64,000 nucleotides of DNA, from the NCBI GenBank assembly GCA_013416795.1, contig RQSC01000025.1, forward strand, positions 252,137-316,136. The letters run 5' to 3'. A program made the translations under genes and the position numbers. This document shows, one piece after another, positions 44,201 through 56,795 of the stretch. This DNA comes from Prasinococcaceae sp. CCMP 1430. Lineage: Eukaryota; Plantae; Prasinodermophyta. The stretch's first letter is position 1. Each line of letters begins with the position of its first letter. The notes below the pieces were generated by a model. That model ran no database searches. It was given only the letters and a program-made list of their open reading frames with translations, and was not told the DNA's origin.

Positions 44201-46563
44201 GAACACTTCAACGCCCCCGGCAGCACCGACTTTGCCTTTCTGCTGTCCACGCGCGCTGGCGGGCTGGGCATCAACCTGGCCACAGCCAACACGGTGGTCA
44301 TCTTTGATTCGGACTGGAACCCGCAGAATGACCTGCAGGCCATGTCGCGTGCTCACCGCATCGGCCAGAAGGATGCCGTCAACATTTACCGCCTGGTGAC
44401 CTCGAACAGCGTCGAAGAGAGCATCCTGGAGCGGGCGAAGCAGAAGATGGTGCTGGACCACCTGGTCATCCAGAAGATGGATGCGAGCGGCCGCACCGTC
44501 GTGGGTGGCAAGAGTGGCAAGGCGCAGTTCAGCAAGGAGGAGCTCCAGGGTGTGCTGCGCTTCGGGGCTGAGCAGCTCTTCAAGGATCGCGGCGGGGAGG
44601 ATGTCCAGATGAAGGACGTCAGTGGCGACGGCGGCGGCGCGACAGGCGGTGGCGCGGACGCCGCTGCTGGCGGGGGTGAAGTGGACCTGGATGCCATCAT
44701 GGCGCGCGCGGAGAAAGTGGACCAGACTGCCGCCATCGAAGGCGGCGGCATGTCCAAGGCCGGGCAGGAACTCATGTCAGCCTTCCAGGTCAGCAACTTC
44801 GCCAACGAGGAGGATGACAAGACTTTCTGGAGCAGGCTGCTTGACGCGCCCAAGGAAGAAAAACCGCCCGACACGCTGGCGGGGAGCGTGCTGCAACCGC
44901 GACGCGCGGCGATGAAGGCGACCGAGAATCTGCACGCGATGGGCAACAGCGCGTACGGGGGGGACGGCGGCGAGGACAAGGGCGTTGGCGGTTCAAAGCC
45001 CAAGGGCAAGCGGGAGATGGCCCCGAGCGTGAAGAAGCTCCTTGGCGAGGCGCAGACAGAGCTGCTCGCGTGGCCCAAGGGAGCGCACACGAAGTTGGCA
45101 TGGGCCGACGCACAGCGCGTGGCGAACGCCATCGAGACGTTCGGCCTCGCTGTGCGCGTTAAGCAGGCGCTGGCGGGCGACGACGGCAGCGACGCGCTCA
45201 GCGACGTGCCCGTGGAGGACTACGCTGCGCTCATCGACGCGCTCGTGGAGGAGTGCGATGACGCGTGCACGGTAGCCGCCGAGCAGTACGACAAGGCCCT
45301 CGCAGAGGCTGCAGCCAAGGTGGCGGCCGAGCCGCCGCCCGAGCCCACGGACGGCGCCGAGAAATCGACCGAGAAGAAGCCTGACCGCATCCCTGGCGTG
45401 GTCAACTTCATGGGGTGGCCGTTGATGGCTGAACGCTTTTCGTCGCGCGTACGGCAGCTGCGCGCTCTCAATGCGCAGGTATCGCGCCTGGAGGACCCAC
45501 TCAAGTCCTTCCGCGTGGTGCAGGCAGTGCGCGCGGCGTGGACTCCGCGCTGGGCGAAGGTGCGCGCGCGCCACGCGCGCGCTGAGCGAGTGCATGAGGG
45601 TGACCGCCGCCCGCTGACACGCGCGCCCCTGCGCTTCTTTGTCACCACCAGGAGGTCGGCTGGGGCCACATTATGGACGCCAAGCTCCTGCTCGGCGTGC
45701 ACTGGCATGGATTCAATGAATGGGAGAAGATCCGTCTCGACCCACGCCTCGATCTTGCCGACAAGATGAACCCCGACGTGCCGGCCAAGGACCCTCGGTA
45801 CCGCCAGCCCGATCGCAAGCAATGCTCCGCGCGCGCCGCCGCGCTCATGGACAAGCTCGTGTCCATGGGCACTGGTGCGGGCGGCGGTGGTGGCGGCGGT
45901 GCGGCGCCGGAGCCCCGCCGGCCTGGCGGCGGTGGCACTGCCGCCCCGGCCGCGAAGGGCGGCAAGGCCGGCGTGGCTGCCACGGGAGCATCGAAGGGGA
46001 AGCTGCCGCTGACGCCTTTGGGCGGGGCGGTAGGCGGGGCGGGCAGTGGCGCGGGCGCGGGCGCGCCCAAGGCTGGCAACGGCGCCAAGGGCAAGGCTGG
46101 CAGCGGCGCCAAGGGTGGGGTGACTAAGAGCGGAGGCGTTACAGCTGAGGACAAGGCAAAGCAACGCCGCAAGGAGATCAAGGACATGTTCGCAGACGAC
46201 ATCGTCACGCTCAGGAAGCTCCGCCTTCTGAACGACACCTTCGAAGACATGGACAAGCAGGTCTACGTGAAAAAGCTCAAGAAATACCTCGCTCTCATTG
46301 GAGACGTCATCGAGGGCCGTCTGCTGAAGGGGAAGCGCTCGACGCGCGATGCGCTGCGTATCGAATTTTGGGATTTCGCGGCGTCGTTCCAGGACAACAT
46401 GGACGGCGAGAAGATGTTCGCCTACTACAACAAGGTCAAGGCGGCGCTTGGCCAGAAACCCGCGGGCCTGCAAAAGCCCAAGCCCCCGCAGGGCGGCAGC
46501 GGCGGCACGCACGCGGCGCCTGCTGCGGGCGGGCCGCCCAAGAAGCGCTCTAAGCTCTTCTGA
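41240..46563 (+). CDS. CHD1: CHD1/CHR5-type chromodomain helicase DNA-binding protein
   Basis: Double chromodomain (EFLVKWKGYSHMHNSW; EYLCKWVGLPYSECTWE), SNF2 ATPase (ILADEMGLGKT, DEAH, SDWNPQNDLQAMSRAHRIGQ), DBD (DAKLLLGVHWHGFNEWEKIRLDPRL) and CHCT-like tail. Exons 41240-41365, 41698-42135, 42281-45559 and 45652-46563. Confidence 0.95.
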
Positions 46564-46760
46564 GCGCGCCGTGCGCACGTGGTGGGCGCGCGCGCCAGCG
46601 CGTGGGGGCGCACACGCAACACACGAAACCAGCGCCGGGGGGCGCGCCCGCCCGCGCGCAGTAATGAGACGCATGGCGATGCTGCCGCGCGGGTCCGGTG
46701 AACGAATGCCAGCGCGCTTACGGAGGGAGTGTCCGGCTGCCTGGCGCCCCGCCCGCCGCC

Positions 46761-48564
46761 TCAGAACTCGGCCGTGCCCGGGGTGCGCGGGAAGGGGATG
46801 ACGTCGCGAATGTTCTGCAGACCGGTGGTCATGAGAACCATGCGCTCGAAGCCAAGCCCGAAGCCGCTGTGCACCACCGAGCCGTAGCGGCGCAGGTCGA
46901 GGTACCACTCGTAGGGCTCACGCGGCAGGCCCGCCTCGTCGATGCGGCGCTCGAGCACGTCCAGGCGCTCCTCGCGCTGCGAGCCGCCCACCAGCTCGCC
47001 CACGCCCGGCACGAGGACGTCCATGGCCGCCACCGTCTTGTCGTCGTCGTTGAGGCGCATGTAGAACGCCTTGATCCCCTTCGGGTAGTTGTACAGAATC
47101 ACCGGCCCGCAGAAGTGCTTCTCCGCCAAGTAGCGCTCCATCTCGCTCGGCAGATCCATGCCCCACTCCACCTTCTCGTCGAATTTGGCCTTCTTGTCCT
47201 TCACGGCCTGCGTGAGGATCTCGATGCCCTCGGTGTACGTGCAGCGCGCGAAGGGTGTGGAGGCCACCTGGCGCAGGCGCGCAAGGCAGTCCTGGTCGTA
47301 GTTCTTGGTGAAGAACTCCATGTCATCCATGCAGTTGTCCAGCAGGTACTGGCAGCAGGAGCGCACGTACGCCTCGGCGCACGCCATGTCGTCATGGATG
47401 TCCGCGAATGCAATCTCGGGCTCGATCATCCAGAACTCGGCGAGGTGGCGGCTGGTGTGCGAGTTCTCAGCGCGGAACGTCGGGCCGAAGGTGTACACGC
47501 TGGACATGGCGCAGGCGTAGATCTCTGCCTGCAGCTGGCCGGAGCATGTGAGGAACGCCTTCGCGCTGAAAAAGTCCTCCGAGTAGTCCACGGTGCCGTC
47601 CGGCAGGCGCTTGAGGCCGCCGACGGTGAGCAGCTGCTCCTCGACCTTTGCCGCCGCCGACTTGAGCGACTTGAGCTCCGACACGGCCGCCTTCACGGCG
47701 GCGGCGTCCTTCGGCTCGGCGGCCTTGAGCGCCTTCACCTCCTCTCCCTTGGCGGCCGCGGCGGCCTTGGCAGCCTCCAGGTCAGCGGTCGCGGGCTGCG
47801 CCGACTTGTCCGCGGCGGCCTCGTCGGCGCCCTGCAGCAGCGTGGTCACCTGGAAGAGCTCTCCCGCGCCCTCGCAATCCGAGGTGGTGATCAGGGGCGA
47901 GTGCACGTACAGGAAGCCGTGCTCGTTGAAGAACTTGTGCGTGGCGAACGCGAGCGCCGAGCGCACGCGCGCGACGGCCGCGATGGTGTTGGTGCGCGGG
48001 CGCATGTGGAGCATGCCACGCAGGGTCTCCAGGTTGATCTTCTTCTTGGGGACAGGGTACGAAGAGGGGTCGCACGGGCCGACGAACTTGACCGCGGTGG
48101 CCTTGAGCTCGACGGGCTGCTTGGTTCCCTCGGGCGTGCGCACGAGCTCGCCCTCGACGACGAGGCTGGTTCCCGTCGGAGTGACCGCTGCGACGTCGTG
48201 CACTGCGCGGTTGATCACGCACTGCAGGGTGCGCGGCGTGGAGCCATCGTTGAGCTCGACGAAGGCGAACTCGCCCTTGCCCTGCGCGCGGCCCGTGCGC
48301 ACCCACCCGCCGACCCGGAGCGTGGAGCCGGCCATGGACAGGCCGCCGTCGGGCGAGGCGGTGATCGCCGCGATGGTCGTCAGCCCGTAGCAGCGGGCGA
48401 ACGGCGCCTCGACGCCGCTGCTGCCCAGGCTGAGCTCGCCGAGCGCCGCGGCGGCGAGCTCGGCGCGCACGCGCGCGCGCGCTGTGGCTGAGGGCGCCGG
48501 AGCCGCCGCCGCCGCGTTGTCGCGCGGCGGCCACACGAGGGCCTCTGGCGAAGCTTCGTCTCAT
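46761..48564 (-). CDS. NARS: Asparaginyl-tRNA synthetase (plant SYNC1-like, with WHEP insertion)
   Basis: OB fold GGWVRTGRAQGK...LNDGS, motif 2 FGPTFRAENSHTSRHLAEFWMIEPE, motif 3 HSGFGLGFER, and a WHEP-like AAKGEEVKALKA insert. ATG 48564 is out of frame with the main ORF (48536). Confidence 0.95.
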
Positions 48565-48797
48565 CAGTAGGGTTAGCGCGCCCAACTTCGGCAATTGGGA
48601 AACGATGGAAGGAGCCCGCCCGGCGAAGCAGGGCCGCAATGAAATCTTTGTGCATAAACTGACCCAAAACCCAAAACCCTGCAACATTTCATTGGAAGAC
48701 CCGAAACCCGAAGCCCTCATGCGCATCACAGCGTACAGTATGTACCATCGATGGTACATGTACAGCAATGTACAGACAGTTACACGACGCACGCGCC

Positions 48798-50061
48798 TCA
48801 GCCATCCATGCGTCGTGGGGCCCTCGGCACGGGTGCGAACCCCCTCTCTCCGTTCACGGGGTCCACCCTGCGGAGCTGTGCGAGGCGCAGCGAGATCTCG
48901 CGCTCGATCCGCGCGCGGTACAGGTGCGCATGGCCGGCGGCCTCCATGGCAGCTAAGAAGTCCTGGCGCTCTGCGATCTGCGCGGCGAGCTCGTCTGCTT
49001 CTCGCTCGCGCATCGCAAAGTCGCTCAGGCCATGAGTGGCGCGCGCCTCGCTCTGCGCACGTGCGGCGCGGGCCGCTCGCTTCGAGAATGGGGTAAGTGC
49101 ACCAAGGCCATGGTGGGTAGGCGAACGGGTGGATGGGCGGGAGCGCGAACCAGTGGATGGTGGGCGCAGGTCAGCGCCTCTACGTACGTGCCGCACATGC
49201 GCGCGAGCAGCCACGCATGGGTGCGAGCAAACAAACGCACCTGGGCGGCCGCGCGCGCATAGCTCGTTCCGGCCAGGAGTGCGTCCTGCTCCGCGTCTGA
49301 CTTTGGCTTGATCCAGTTTCGAAAGGCGAGGCGTTCCTTCTCGGCGTCGTTGTCGCGTCCGCGAGCGAGGCCTGGCGGTGGCGCCGCGCGCTCGCGCGTC
49401 TCAGGATCCCGCGCGAGCGACGCCTGCGGGCGCAGGGACGCACGAGGTAGCAGCACGTGTTCGCGGGCGAATGCGTGCGTCAGCGAGCGCGTGTGCACGT
49501 TCGCACGGGCGACTCGCGCGTGAGCGCGCGCGCAGCACACCTTGATATCGTTGACGCTGCGCCGCCCGATGCCCTGTGCCGGCCTTCGGGCGGCAGCCTC
49601 TGCATCTGCCGCCGCCGCCTGTGCCCTCTTGTGCACCGCGAGCCGCCGCTGCGCCACGCGGCGGTCCTTGCTGGGCTCTGAGAGCGGGCCGCTGGCCGGG
49701 CGCGGCGGCGCGGGCATCGGTGGCGGGTCAGGCGTGAAGCATCAGGGTCAGAGGCGCTGCACCAGCGCATCGAGCCGGCCTCCCGGCACGCCCTCGAGCG
49801 GGTAGGCCCTGACGTGGCCGAAGTGTGTGGGTTGCGTGCCAAGGGTGGAGCGAGGCGCGGCAAGAGCGGGCTCGCGCCTCACCTATTGACGAGCGCGCCG
49901 GCAGACGCGAGCGGCCCTTGCGTGCGTGCTGCGCCGAGTATCTGCTTCTGGCGCGCCAGGCTGAGCTTGGACTCGCCCAGCAGCTGCGCGAGCACGTCCT
50001 CGGTGCCCTGCGACACGGCCCCGGCCGCGCGCGCTCGCCGCGGCGCGCCGAAGGTCGTCAT
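48798..50061 (-). CDS. EVG1: UPF0193 / EVG1 (C22orf23)-like protein, multi-exon
   Basis: QLLGESKLSLARQKQI, RDNDAEKERL and DELAAQIAERQDFLAAMEAAGHAHLYRARIEREISLRLAQL match the family pattern. Exon boundaries only partly resolved. Confidence 0.7.
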
Positions 50062-51332
50062 CGCCTCCCCGGGCCGCCGCCGCCAACCAGCCGCTGCAGC
50101 CGTGCGGGGCGCAGCGCTCGAGGCGCCGGCGCCGGCGGCGCCGGCGGCACCTGTGAGGGCGGCTCGCCAAGCCTGGAGAGCGTGCGCAAGGCGTGCGGAG
50201 TGGTGAGCGGGGGAGGGAGGGGCGGTGTGTGTGGTGGTGTGTTTTGGGGGGAGGGGGAGGGGGTCTGGGCGAAGAAGAGACGGCCTTCGCACCCCCGGCC
50301 GCGAGCACCGCGTTCGTGCGGCCCGCCCGCGCGCCGCGCGTTCGAAAGCGTCGCAGCGCCCCCTTCTCGCCGCGCGCACGCACGCAGCCTCCGCCCGCCC
50401 GCCCGCTGGCTGGGCTCGGCTGGCTGGCTGGTGGGGGAACCGGGTGACAGCGTAGCTCCTGGCATCCCGCCTCGCGCGCTGGAGCCTCGATACCGCGGCC
50501 TTTCATCCGGATGGCGCGAGACACGAACCAATCAACCACGACCGACCGACCGACCGACCGACTTCTTCGCTTTCACTTTCGCCTCCAGCATCGATTTCAT
50601 CGATCGCTCGATCAATGGGTGGATCGATCCTGTGGATGGGGGGTCGGTCGGGTCGTCGCGAGCGCGAGCGCCGGCCGTGTCCCTCTCCGAGGCCAGATAT
50701 TTTCCCGAACCAGCCGCACCGGCGGGTGGCGCCGCGCGCGCGCACGCGCCTGCGCGCAGGGTCCGCCGTGGGACCGCCGGCCGGCCCCCGGGCCGGCCGC
50801 CAGCCGGCTGGCCAGCCGGCGCTCGCGACTGAAACCGAGGCGATGGCGCGCGGGCGTGCATATTCGGGTTTTAGGGTTCATGATTTAATCCATTTATATG
50901 TGTCATTTTGGTTCATATTGGATCATTTTGCTGCGAGTTCGGGTTACTTTACAGTTGACCAAGCCATTTTTCGCTCCCCTCCGTCCTCACCAGCCCGTGT
51001 TTTGATGGGTCAGTTCGCTGTCAGGGTTTATCCTAAATACTCCCGTGATCTCTCTCAATTTGATATAAAATGATCTCAACCCCAACTCGTTGCTTCGCCC
51101 CGCCTCACCTCCCCCCCCTTCCCCGCTCTGCTTCTGCGTGCCTGTGCTGCTGCGCCCTCGCGGCCGCGCGCGTGCGGGCGGGCGTGCGGGGGGGGGGCGC
51201 GCAGGCGGCCGGCAGGGCCGCCTGTACGTGCGTTTGGCGGTTCGCGTGCGCGTCCCGCGTACGCAACCTCCAGGCCGCTGCGATTCCAGTGTACACATTA
51301 TCTGAGGGGCGCAAGCCAAGCGCGTGGCCATC

Positions 51333-51650
51333 TCAATCGCTGTCTTCCTCGTCGCTGTCGCCGCCGAATACGGTGCCGCCCACGGTCTGTCTTGCGACGA
51401 GCCCGTCGCCCGCGGAGCGCACCTGCGGGGCGGTTCGTGCAACGCCGCGCTCCCCGCGTCCCTTGGCCGATGCTGTCTCCGCGTCTTTCCTGCCGGTGGG
51501 CAGTATGAAGGCGCCATGTTTTGCCGCATGAGCCACCACGGCTTCGCCGTTGTAGACGGCCTTGGCACCGATCACAGCCTTGGACGACTTCTTCTTGGTT
51601 TTTGCGGATGCATGTGCCGCTTCGGGTCCCGACGCGTGCGCCTCCGCCCC

Positions 51651-51681
<31 letters not shown>

Positions 51682-52989
51682 CGCGAGTCACCCGCGGCCG
51701 TGGCGGGGACGTACTCACCCTTCTCCGTGTCCCACGAGTACCAGGCGCTACTGCGCGGGTCGTAAAAGAGTGCCGTCGCGGCGTCGTAGTACATGCCACT
51801 CGATGGATCCTTGTAGTAGCCACTATCGGCATCGTATGCGAAGCCCGACGCCGCGGCACCCGTGGCGACGCCAGCACCCGCCACGCTGTTGGTTATCGTG
51901 TAGCCTGCCATGGCGGATGCTGCCGCAGCGGCGTCGCGCGCAGCCTCACTAGGGTTCTTCACGCCACCCATGTTAGCGCGGTACTCGACCTTGGCGGCGG
52001 TTTCCTGGCCGTAGACTTCGACGCTCCCCGCGGCCACCGCCGCAGCGGACGCTACCTCGGACGCGAACTTGACGAAGGCATAGCCCTTGGGTGTGCCGCG
52101 TGAACGGTCGCGTGCGACCTCGACACCTTCGATGGCGCCGAAGTGCGCGAGCGATGCACTCAGGTGCTGTTCGGTGATGCCCGCGTCGAGCATCTTGACA
52201 ATCACCCACGCCGAGGGATGTGCGGTCCCGGCATGTGGAGCACCACCGCCGCCGCCCGCCACCGCTGCGTCGCCTGAGTCGACAAGCTGTGCGTCGGGTG
52301 TGCGAGGCGCGGAGCAACGGAAGCACGCCGTGCGCCGCGCGAAATTCACTATCGAGCATGTCGAGCATATCCAGTCCTTGCGGACTGGGCCAGGCCGCCT
52401 GCACTCAGCGCTCCTTGCCCTCCACTCCTGAAGGGACTTGTCCCCACTGGCCACCTCGTGCGCGAACTCGCCACCGCGCATCGCGTAGCCTTTGCGCTCG
52501 CGGTGCAACTCGCCCTCCTCTGCACGTTCTTCGCCGCCCGCAGGCTCAGCCCTACCGCCGCGGCTGTAGTACTCACCGCTCCCATCGCCACGTCCGCTGG
52601 CACCACCGCCGTGGTCTCTTGAGAGGGGATCTCGACGCCACCCATGGCCGCGGTCGCGATCGAAACCTCTGCGTCCCTCGCGCGCGTAGTCACGGTCTTG
52701 CGGGCGCTGGTCGTCACCTCCCCGCGAGTAGCTACGGTCTTGCGCGCGCTGGTGGTACCCCCCCTGCGTGTAGTCACGGTCTTGCGCGCGCTGGTCGTGA
52801 ACCCCTCTGTCGCGCCACCGTCCGTAGCCCTGACCGTCGCGTTCGTGCGATCGGTCGTAGCCGTACCTGCTACCACGTTCGCCGTCTTGCAATCGTTCAT
52901 AGCTGTAGGCATTGGCGTCCCGGTCCCGTGACCAACCGTATTCTCTGTCATACCCTCCGCCGCGCGAGTACTCGCGCTCCTCCTTGCAG
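51333..52989 (-). CDS. RBM5/RBM10/SUA-like splicing factor (RanBP2 zinc finger + RRM + OCRE)
   Basis: DWICSTCSIVNFARRTACFRC; RRM KGYAFVKF; OCRE GFAYDADSGYYKDPSSGMYYD...WYSWDTEKGEY; RD/RG-rich N-terminus. Acceptor at 52990; the upstream exon is unresolved. Confidence 0.82.
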
Positions 52990-53638
52990 CTAGGTTGGGT
53001 TGAGGGGCGAGGGCAAAGGTGCACGCACGCGTGCGCGCGCGCGCAGAACACGAGCACGGTCGGGGCAGCGCGCCGAGGGGCGTGCACCGGCACAGCAAGC
53101 GAGGCATCGCAGGTGCATACGCGCACGCGACCACCGCAAGTGCGCGCGCGCATGTGCGCCTTCAGTCAGCCGTGGTGCCCAGCGTGCGGGGCGCAGTAGG
53201 GCGGGACGTGGCGGCGGCATTGCGTGCGCCTCAGGTCGCCGCCGCGTGCCTCGTTGTGCGCCCCCACTCGCCGCGGAGCTCGGTGCGCTCGCGCGGGTCG
53301 CGCTCGCCGCGGCCTGCCGGTGCCATCACCGCCCGCCAGCTTGCAGCGCGGGCGCAGTGCAGGGCGGGGAGCGCGCTGCGCGCGCGCTGTGTGGGGCGGG
53401 CGCCGCTGGATCCATCAGAACGCATCTGATCTTTGTTGGAGCGGCACACTCAAACTCAAGCACAGCGAAAACTGAAATGCATGCATCCGGACGGTCAAAT
53501 GGCGCCGGGTGCGCAGCCGCTCCTGGGGACCGCCACACAGAGCCACGGACTCACCGCGAGACCGGGCGCGCACCTGCGCCCGCCTGCCGACACGCATGCA
53601 ACGCCGTCGTCACTTTACAGCGCGGCGGGGCGCCCTCG

Positions 53639-56600
53639 TCACTCGAGGTATGCCAGCAGCGCGTCGCCGGTGCCCTCGCGCCTGCACACGGCGGCGAAGT
53701 CCTGATTGAGCGCCTCGTAACGCCTCTTGTGGAGGAGGGGCTGCCGAGTGGAGGCCTGGTAGTAACGCGCCAGGTCCGCGTCGGTGAGGGTGGACTGGGC
53801 TGTGGCGCTGAGCGCCGTGGCTGCGCCGCCGCGCGCGAGGCTTTCCTGCAGGCCCGCGGCAAATTGCGTGAATTCCCCCCGCACTTCGGCGGCGGTCGCG
53901 AGCGCATGCAACGCCTGGCCAGCACTGCGCACGAGCTGGCGCGGGCAGGTCTCCGAGATGCCAGCAACCAGTGATGCCACCAACACTCCGGAGTGCTTGG
54001 CGACCATGGAAGTGGCGGCCTCTGCATGCACCTGCCACTGAGCTACCAGCGCTGGGTCGCGCATGGGAGTGTGCGGGCCGCTTGCTGCAAGCGAGGTGAA
54101 GGCGAGCGCACAGCGCACGGCGTCGCGCTCGCGCAGGCGCACAGCGACACTTGCCGCCCCGAGCAACGGCTGCAACGTGATGCAGGGGCAAGGCGGAGCA
54201 CAGACATCGGCGGGGCACGAGCGGCGCATGTCAGCACCGGGCATGCGATTCGAGCGCGCGCTCTGCGCACGGGCGCATGGCGCTCACCTGGAATGCATTC
54301 GACGAGAAGAGCGCCGCTGGGGCGAAAAGGAGGGCCCGATGCGCCAAGTCGAACACGGCTCCAATGATCTCAGGCGACGTGGCGGTACTGAATGGCAGCG
54401 CACTCGACAAGGCCCGCCCCAGGGGCGCCGCGAGGCCGCTTACAGTGTTGGCTCCCGATCCAAAGGTCTCCATTGCCGCTGTGAGCACCTCGAGCGCTTC
54501 CATTGCCTGGCACGCCTCGAATGCGCCAACCGCACCCTCCAGCATCGGCACCAGCACGGGGCCCACTGCTTGACCGGCGCTTGAAATCGCGCGCTTAAAG
54601 ACGGAGCAGAGCGCACCCATCACCTTCGGAAGCGCCTTGCTCGCAGGCGAGTTGGACACTTCGTTGAGGGCCGCCCATGCGGCCTCCAGGGCGGACATAG
54701 CGGGGTGGGGGGTCCCCGGAGGCGCGCCGGTGCGCTGTTCAAGAAACCGCAGCGCCGCCGCGAGCAGCTCGAGCTCGCCCGCCAGCGCCTCGGCAACCAT
54801 GCCTGCACCCGTCGGATCCGAGGGCAACTGCTTGGCGGCCTGCGCCACCCGAGCGGCCAGAGCGCCGGCCAAATTCGCCGCCGCGGGAGCAGCCTCCGCA
54901 TGCGGCAACGCGGCCACGACGCGCGCCAGGCCTTCGACCACCGGCACACGGTCCTCGACAGGCGCGTCAGTGGCCACGGCCGCCAACCCTGCGCCCACCA
55001 ATCCCACAACGATGTCTCCCGCGGCCAAAACGCCAGTGCAGCGAGCGCACACCTTTTGAAACGCCACGGCGGCGTGCGCGCGCGCCTGGGGCACCTTCAG
55101 GCCCTCGATGACGTAGTGCAGCGAACCCACGCACATCTCCCGCGTCGCTCCCACGCTCTCACCGTTCCCCAGCCACGGGGCGTACTCGCCCACAAGGCGT
55201 GCGACCTGCGTAACGATCAATGCGTTTGAAGCGAGAGCTGGCGCGGGCGGGTTGAGCCTGCCCAGCACGCCGCCGCCGAGGAAGCCGTTCACCGCGGCGC
55301 GCGCGGCGGCTACACCCGGTGCTCCCGCCTCGCTCGGACGTGCGCTCATCGCACACTGCTTGAGCACTGACGCCGACGTGCGCACGACATAGACCGCCGC
55401 CTCGACCTGTTGCCAATCCCCAGCGCGCTCACCCTCCTCCAACGCCCCCCCCACGATCGCGAGGAAGCGCCCTGCACCTAGCACGGCACACACGTTGCCG
55501 AAGAGGTCGGCCATCACCTGCTCGCGAAAGCGATGGAATGAATCCTCGTCCTCGTCATCGGCTGCCTCGCCAATGTCGTCCTCCCAATCGACGAAGCCAT
55601 TCGGATAAGCGACCTGACGCAGAGTGGCTTTCAGGAGCGCTTCGAAGGCTGCCTCCTGCAGCGACGCGTGCCTGCTGACTTTGGGCACCGTGTTGAGCAT
55701 GCAGAAATACTCGGCAGCCTGCTCGGTGGCGAAGGCGTCGCGTCGCGAGTTGAGGCACTCGACGAGCATCTCGGCCAGCGCGACCGAGTTGTGTAGGCCT
55801 GCCGCGCAGAGTTCTGGCGCAGACTCGGCGAGTACCACTGCCAGGCGGCACACAGAGCGCGTCACATCCTCATCCGCGTCTGCGCCGGTCGCGGACGCAC
55901 GCTGCGCCAATATAGCCTCCGTGGCCGCCGCGAACGCCGCCGTCTCCGCGCCGGCGGGCGCGGGCGCCATCGTTGTGCCCGACCCAGGCTTGTACAGCTC
56001 GACGAGCGCGTCGGCAGCTGAGCTCACAGCGCCCGGGTCGGCCGCGCGCAGGGCGCCGAGGAGAGCGTTGAGCAGCGCGGGCGCCTTCGAGCCGAGCTGC
56101 GCGGCCGAGAGCAGCGACAGCTCCCCCTCGTTTGGGTCGAGCTTGCACCACGCGGCGAGCAATGCGCACGCGCGGTGCGCGCGGTCGCCACCGTCGGCGA
56201 TCGCCGCTTGCACGAGCTGCAGCACGGGGTCAGCGGCACCCGCGAGGGCGGTGCACACCGCGGGTCGGCGCGCCCTGTCGAGGCGGTCCACCTCCTCTGC
56301 AAGCGCCACCAGCAGCTCCAGCGAGAGCGCGGCAGCCGCGCCGCTGCCCGCCGCCGCGCCGAGCGCCTGCTGCGCGCACGCCGCCGCCGACTCCGCGCCC
56401 CCCGCTGCGGCGGCGGCGCCGAGCACGATGCAGAGTCGCCTGGTGAGCATCGAGAGCGCCCCGCCCGGCGAGGCTCGTAGGTCGGCCTCTGCGCCGCCGG
56501 ACGCCTGCTCCCACAGCTGCGCGCGCAGGCCCGCCTGCGCGTCGGCCGGCAGGCCGGCCCAGTCGGTGCGGCACTTTCCCAGCAGCATGTTGGCGCCAAA

Positions 56601-56795
56601 GTGTCGCACCTCGGCCTGCGCGTGCGCGAGCATCACTGCCGCCGCGGCCCACGCGCGGGGCGACGCCGCCAGCGCGACGAGCCATGAGTTCGCCTCGGCG
56701 CGCGCCGCGGCGTTCGTGCCGTACAGCGCGGCGACCGCCTGCACGGCTGTTTCGACGACGGCCGCGTCTGTCATCCCATCGAAGCCGCTGGCCAT
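53639..56795 (-). CDS. Importin-beta family karyopherin (transportin-3/Mtr10/importin-13-like)
   Basis: N-terminal IBN_N/Xpo1-like region (LYG...AEANSWL...EVRHFGANMLLGKCRTDW) and HEAT repeats. Exons 56795-54288 and 54169-53639. Confidence 0.85.

Noticed and set aside
41687-48491. Long antisense or overlapping ORFs (e.g. 41687-43513, 45220-46908, 46698-48491; also 57378-59168 and 61690-63366)
   Set aside because: Shadow ORFs from stop-codon scarcity at high GC; low-complexity R/A/P/G translations with no domain signal.
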